Below, one piece after another: positions 59,933 to 64,000 of a stretch of DNA of 64,000 nt (position 1 is the first letter of the stretch; every line of letters begins with the position of its first letter). The notes below the pieces were generated by a model. The model was given only the letters and a program-made list of their open reading frames with translations, had not been told where the DNA came from and did no database searches. The stretch comes from a virus, in IMG/VR virus record IMGVR_UViG_3300045412_000135, positions 6,575 through 70,574 of that record, one strand, 5' to 3'. The position numbers and the translations under genes are program-made.

Positions 59933-60076
59933 TTAACCTTGCCCTCTACGGGATTTTCTTTTTCCATTACGAGAAGTTGCACCAAAATGTGTATTTTGAG
60001 ACTGTCCTTGGCGAGTTTTTTTCGATTTTTTCGATATACAACCCGAGTTAATTGTTCCAACGTTTGTTTTTGCCAT
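59933..60076 (-). CDS. Small highly basic protein (47 aa)
   Basis: Hand-translated MAKTNVGTINSGCISKKSKKTRQGQSQNTHFGATSRNGKRKSRRGQG*; upstream GGAG; the stop overlaps a TTAAATA late-promoter-like site. Confidence 0.8.
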   Translation of the reverse strand: MAKTNVGTINSGCISKKSKKTRQGQSQNTHFGATSRNGKRKSRRGQG

Positions 60077-60117
60077 ATTTTTTCTCCGTAGAAAGATATA
60101 TTATACCATAAAATTGA

Positions 60118-60723
60118 TTATTTGCCAACGACTACGTTTATAGAACCCTTAGATATCTTAGCCATACATGGAGGACCCAATGGATCTCCAATTGCAGCAA
60201 CTCTTCTTCCCTCAAAAAACACTGTTGTTGTAGTTGCCTTGACTACTCTAATATGTCCTTTTCCTGGACCTTTAAAGGCAGAATCCTCGGTCGATAATTG
60301 ACTGCCAGTACAAGGTATAAGAACAGGAACAGCACAAGGAGAACATGTCTTGGGAACGGGTGGGCCCGCAAACATGTGCTGAATCATGTTTGTTACTGGA
60401 GTTATATGTGGGGTCAAAATATCTCCATCAACTAAAGGTATTAGTCCATTCACTTTAATGGTCTTAACTGCGGTTGCAGGAGTGTCATGAATGGTAGTTT
60501 GAGGTGGCCACTGAATTGTTTTTGAAATAGCTGCTAATGGCTTTGTTTTTGCCAATGGATTTTGGCCCCCAGATTCTACTGGACAACCTTTTGGGACAGG
60601 ATTGCAGCATGGAGCTCCACTTCCAGGTCCTACATGACCTACAGTGGTTTCATGTATATTTGCTGGTATTGGTTTTCCCTCACCAGTACATGTTCCTGCT
60701 ACTGTTCCTACAAATCTAGGCAT
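60118..60723 (-). CDS. Extended PAAR-like spike-tip protein (gp5.4-like)
   Basis: TIKVNG..PLVDGD.LTPH and HIRVVKATTTTVFFEGRRVAAIGDPLGPPCMAKISKGSINVVVG, PAAR-type repeats with His/Cys ligands. Confidence 0.75.
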   Translation of the reverse strand: MPRFVGTVAGTCTGEGKPIPANIHETTVGHVGPGSGAPCCNPVPKGCPVESGGQNPLAKTKPLAAISKTIQWPPQTTIHDTPATAVKTIKVNGLIPLVDGDILTPHITPVTNMIQHMFAGPPVPKTCSPCAVPVLIPCTGSQLSTEDSAFKGPGKGHIRVVKATTTTVFFEGRRVAAIGDPLGPPCMAKISKGSINVVVGK

Positions 60724-63700
60724 TATCCTTCTGCTACTATTGGATTAGATAATTGTGATGGAGCTCCGGGAAGATAATTTTCAGATGCTCCAATAGTATT
60801 ATTTATGTCTATTTGATTAATTGCTACCCCATTTTCATAGACTCTACCACATTTAAAATCATATGGATTGCCATATTTTTCTAACGACTGAGTAAAAATA
60901 TCACCTTCTAAAGTCAAATCATGTAAAACCATTAATCTTCCGGTGATTTCATAATCATGACATCCTTCATAGACATACTGAGGTCCAAATTTAGTCTTAA
61001 CACCAGATCTTGTATATCCCTCAAACAAATCCTCTGAATATGGAAGATTATAACTACCAAAAGGAATCCCATATTGAAGTCCATCCTCTTCACCATCATA
61101 ATATGTTGGAAATGCATAGACTTGACACCAAGCATCTTCCATGCTTACATTTCCAGATCCATATTGACTTACTAAACTGTTATATGCAGATATCGTTGCT
61201 GCATCGGTTTGAATACAAGTTTTGCATGGACCACGATCATTAACATAATCTTTGCCTGCAATTTTCACGGCAAGGTTTATATTAATAATAGTATGTGGAC
61301 GTGGATCAGGACAAAATTGACTTACCATATATTTTATATCTGCTGTAGCACAAGGCAAATTGTAAAAAGCATATTTTACTCTTGACGCAGTTGGTCCATC
61401 ATATATAAATGTTCTTGCCGAATCTAGATCTCTTTCCCATAAACTATTAATATTATTTTCATGATTTTTGTCATTATTATCCATCATTTTAACTAATGAT
61501 GAATAACTCTCTGATTTTAAATTTTCTTTATAGAAATTTTTTAGTGAATCACTATAGTATTTTATATTTGAAGAAGACGAATTTCTTGATATTGTGGTAG
61601 ATGCGTCATCTGTAATTAATTTTATATTTGCATCATTTGATGCTGGTTTCTCCGTAGCATTTAATGAAGGCTCGGTGGTTTTTAATTCTTTATCTATTTC
61701 TGCAATTAAATTTTTTGTGGTGGTTACATCTTTTGTAATAACTGCTGCATTTTGTTGATCAATCTTCTTTGCAGTTCCTAATAACTTTTTATAATCTGAC
61801 GAAAGTTCTGTATTTCGATTTGAATTTGTTGGTGGTAGAAATTGCTGAGCCCATGTTTTACTTGTTCCCATTTTTGGTGCAACATATAATTGTAAATTTT
61901 TGGTTTTTAGAACATCTTTGATACCACCTTTATATCGAGTATATGACTTTTTCTCATAATTTTTGTTTTGTATTTTTTCATAATCAGAATATGTAAAACC
62001 AGATTTAGTTACTTCGGTATATGGTATTTTTTTCGAATCAAATTCATATGCACCAGTCTCGATATTTTTTGTATAATATTTTGTCATATCATCATAATCT
62101 ATATTCAAAATGGTTTGTGTATACATAGTTTTTGACATAGTTTGGAAAACTTCCGATCTCTCAAACATCATCTTAGGCCCTGAACCCTCTCTTTTTTCTA
62201 CAGTTGTTGCTGGTTCTAGTTCTGTAGTTTCTGCTTTTGCAATATATGGTACGTTTACATATGGTGGTTTTGTAGATGAATATCCAGAACCACCATTAAT
62301 AACTTTGACTTCAATTAGTTCCTCTCCACTAAAAACAGGAATTAATTTTGCTAATTTACCAGTTCCTCTAGATTTTGCCCATGCTAAATCTGGATCACTT
62401 CCATCTTCCAAATATTGAACATATTTTGCGTGATCAATATAAGTCGGAGGATAATCAACAGCAATTTTAATTGGTTCTATTTTTGGGTTGTTTAAATTTT
62501 TTCCGGGATTTAAAATTTGTACATTAGTGATTCTACCATTTTCTATAACTGCTTGTAATGTTGGTTTTATAACTTCAACTTCTTCTTGTGGGACATCGCC
62601 ATCCACAAATGCTGTCGCATATATAATTTCTTTTCTTTGAAATTCGTATCGACCAATTAACATAGCTCGATCTACGATTCCCCATCCAGCAAGTACTTTA
62701 ATATTAATTCCTGCACCAGAAATATATGTTGTATCTGCAGTAAATGAATTTGAACCCACAATAAGTTCTGCTACATGAGTATTAAATTCATCATCGGTAT
62801 GCTTCAATCTTGATATAGTCCAACCATTTATAGTGTCTCCAACTTGCAGTAATTGCGATCCTTGAGAAAACTCACCATCTTGAGTTGTAGATACCATTAA
62901 TGCTATACCAACTTTATTTGTAGCAGACTCATTTGGATAATACAAGTAATAAGTATTTTGACCTGTATAGGTTACTCCGTCTCCACTTTTATATCCAAAA
63001 CCTCGACGAATAATTCTGATAATCTTCCAATTTGTATACCAGTTACTTCCATTTTTAACAGAAGATATTTGCATTTTAATTACAGCACCATTAGGTAAAG
63101 TGTAATCTTTAATTACGACTGTATTGTTTGCCGCCCAGACACCATTTCCTTGGGGTGATTGATAAGTAGGACCAGAAGATCCATCCCATACCTTATAGAA
63201 CCCCAAAGTGCTCAATGAAGAACCAATCATTCCTGATGTTACTTGAATTGGTTCATTCACATGAAATGTAATTGCAATTCCTTTTTTAAGGGTTGATTTT
63301 ACAATTGATGTAAATTGAACTTCACCCAAATATAAAAAGTTATCAGTTTTTGTTTCTTTTCTGACGTATAGATCGTATGTGGCTCCAGAAACAATGTCTA
63401 TGGTATTTGAAGTAGATTCTATTCCAATAATTTGAAATTTTGAATCTGATCTTGATAAGTCATTTAAACCCATAACAGGTCTGAATGTTGCATTTAGTCT
63501 TGCCACAACAGTTGAACCACTTCTACATTCAATTTGTGTGTTATATCTATGAGATGAACTATCACTCTTAAATAGGCCGTCTGATGTTCCGAGTTCTGAA
63601 TATAGCTCTGTTATTGATCCTCCAGAAGTAGTATACATTAATGTCGATGGACCTAGTTCTCTAGAGTCTTGAATTGTACTATTACCAACTGCACGAACTG

Positions 63701-64000
63701 TAATAGAAGAATCAAGAACTCCTCCTAGATATTGAAAAGCAATTTTTTGTGTATTTGTACCAACAGACCACACAATAGGATAAGGATCTGGGTCAGCTTG
63801 ATCGGTAATTTTACCATCTTCAATTTCATAATTTACGTATGTTTCTAATGGCTTACACTCACAAGTAAAAGGGACTTTTTTAATTCCGTAATATGTGGTA
63901 TACTGGTCTGAGTCATCGCCTGTATACTTTCTAGTGTACATGTAGTAGCACATAACGAAACATGGTTTTCCAACAACACCATTAGATGTTTTCCATATAT
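60723..64000 (-). CDS. Large virion structural protein; 5' end probably outside the window
   Basis: The frame is open upstream of the ATG at 63953 to the window edge (IWKTSNGVVGKPCFVMC). Contains V.VINGGSGY...PP.V modules as in gp7; TAATG overlap with the PAAR gene. Confidence 0.75.
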   Translation of the reverse strand, partial: IWKTSNGVVGKPCFVMCYYMYTRKYTGDDSDQYTTYYGIKKVPFTCECKPLETYVNYEIEDGKITDQADPDPYPIVWSVGTNTQKIAFQYLGGVLDSSITVRAVGNSTIQDSRELGPSTLMYTTSGGSITELYSELGTSDGLFKSDSSSHRYNTQIECRSGSTVVARLNATFRPVMGLNDLSRSDSKFQIIGIESTSNTIDIVSGATYDLYVRKETKTDNFLYLGEVQFTSIVKSTLKKGIAITFHVNEPIQVTSGMIGSSLSTLGFYKVWDGSSGPTYQSPQGNGVWAANNTVVIKDYTLPNGAVIKMQISSVKNGSNWYTNWKIIRIIRRGFGYKSGDGVTYTGQNTYYLYYPNESATNKVGIALMVSTTQDGEFSQGSQLLQVGDTINGWTISRLKHTDDEFNTHVAELIVGSNSFTADTTYISGAGINIKVLAGWGIVDRAMLIGRYEFQRKEIIYATAFVDGDVPQEEVEVIKPTLQAVIENGRITNVQILNPGKNLNNPKIEPIKIAVDYPPTYIDHAKYVQYLEDGSDPDLAWAKSRGTGKLAKLIPVFSGEELIEVKVINGGSGYSSTKPPYVNVPYIAKAETTELEPATTVEKREGSGPKMMFERSEVFQTMSKTMYTQTILNIDYDDMTKYYTKNIETGAYEFDSKKIPYTEVTKSGFTYSDYEKIQNKNYEKKSYTRYKGGIKDVLKTKNLQLYVAPKMGTSKTWAQQFLPPTNSNRNTELSSDYKKLLGTAKKIDQQNAAVITKDVTTTKNLIAEIDKELKTTEPSLNATEKPASNDANIKLITDDASTTISRNSSSSNIKYYSDSLKNFYKENLKSESYSSLVKMMDNNDKNHENNINSLWERDLDSARTFIYDGPTASRVKYAFYNLPCATADIKYMVSQFCPDPRPHTIININLAVKIAGKDYVNDRGPCKTCIQTDAATISAYNSLVSQYGSGNVSMEDAWCQVYAFPTYYDGEEDGLQYGIPFGSYNLPYSEDLFEGYTRSGVKTKFGPQYVYEGCHDYEITGRLMVLHDLTLEGDIFTQSLEKYGNPYDFKCGRVYENGVAINQIDINNTIGASENYLPGAPSQLSNPIVAEG

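Noticed and set aside
1880-61135. Short alternative-frame minus-strand ORFs nested in genes (e.g. 1880-2125, 6382-6603, 11000-11215, 27189-27416, 60932-61135)
   Set aside because: Fully nested, Leu/Met-rich off-frame translations with no family signal.
452-62418. Numerous plus-strand ORFs of 60-183 aa (e.g. 12395-12892, 21330-21881, 47382-47732)
   Set aside because: They lie antisense to well-supported minus-strand genes and show no recognisable motifs; they are consistent with shadow ORFs from codon bias.
1-64000. Stop-codon reassignment
   Set aside because: Genes are full length under the standard code, and TAA, TAG and TGA all act as stops at expected gene ends.

Overview
This window is a 64-kb segment of a T4-like myovirus genome, most likely a cyanophage (Kyanoviridae-like). 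It is AT-rich and almost all real genes lie on the minus strand. In transcription order (right to left) it holds: a partial large structural gene, a PAAR-like spike tip, three small or unknown genes, gp25, gp6, a 5466-aa giant baseplate protein (gp7-like), a gp9/10-like protein, an S8 subtilase, a structural protein, gp8, a 2415-aa VrlC/DUF4815 protein, a 1861-aa fibre, gp13-gp23, gp3, uvsY, uvsW, gp55, gp47 and a partial gp46. T4-type late promoters (TAAATA) precede most structural genes. Back-to-back near-consensus sigma70 promoters sit upstream of gp55. I saw no tRNA, rRNA, CRISPR array, intron, intein or metabolic auxiliary gene. The most striking observation is inside the giant baseplate protein. 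It carries four tandem ~160-180-aa helical repeats that resemble phycobiliprotein beta subunits and keep cysteines at positions equivalent to both bilin-attachment sites, which suggests a possibly chromophorylated virion. Other leads are an antisense sigma70 promoter, a probable ATT start for uvsY, a uORF over the gp55 start, a degenerate ATP-grasp gene flanked by small peptides, a virion-module subtilase, and an internal-protein-like polyprotein. All family assignments come from reading motifs by eye; no searches were run.
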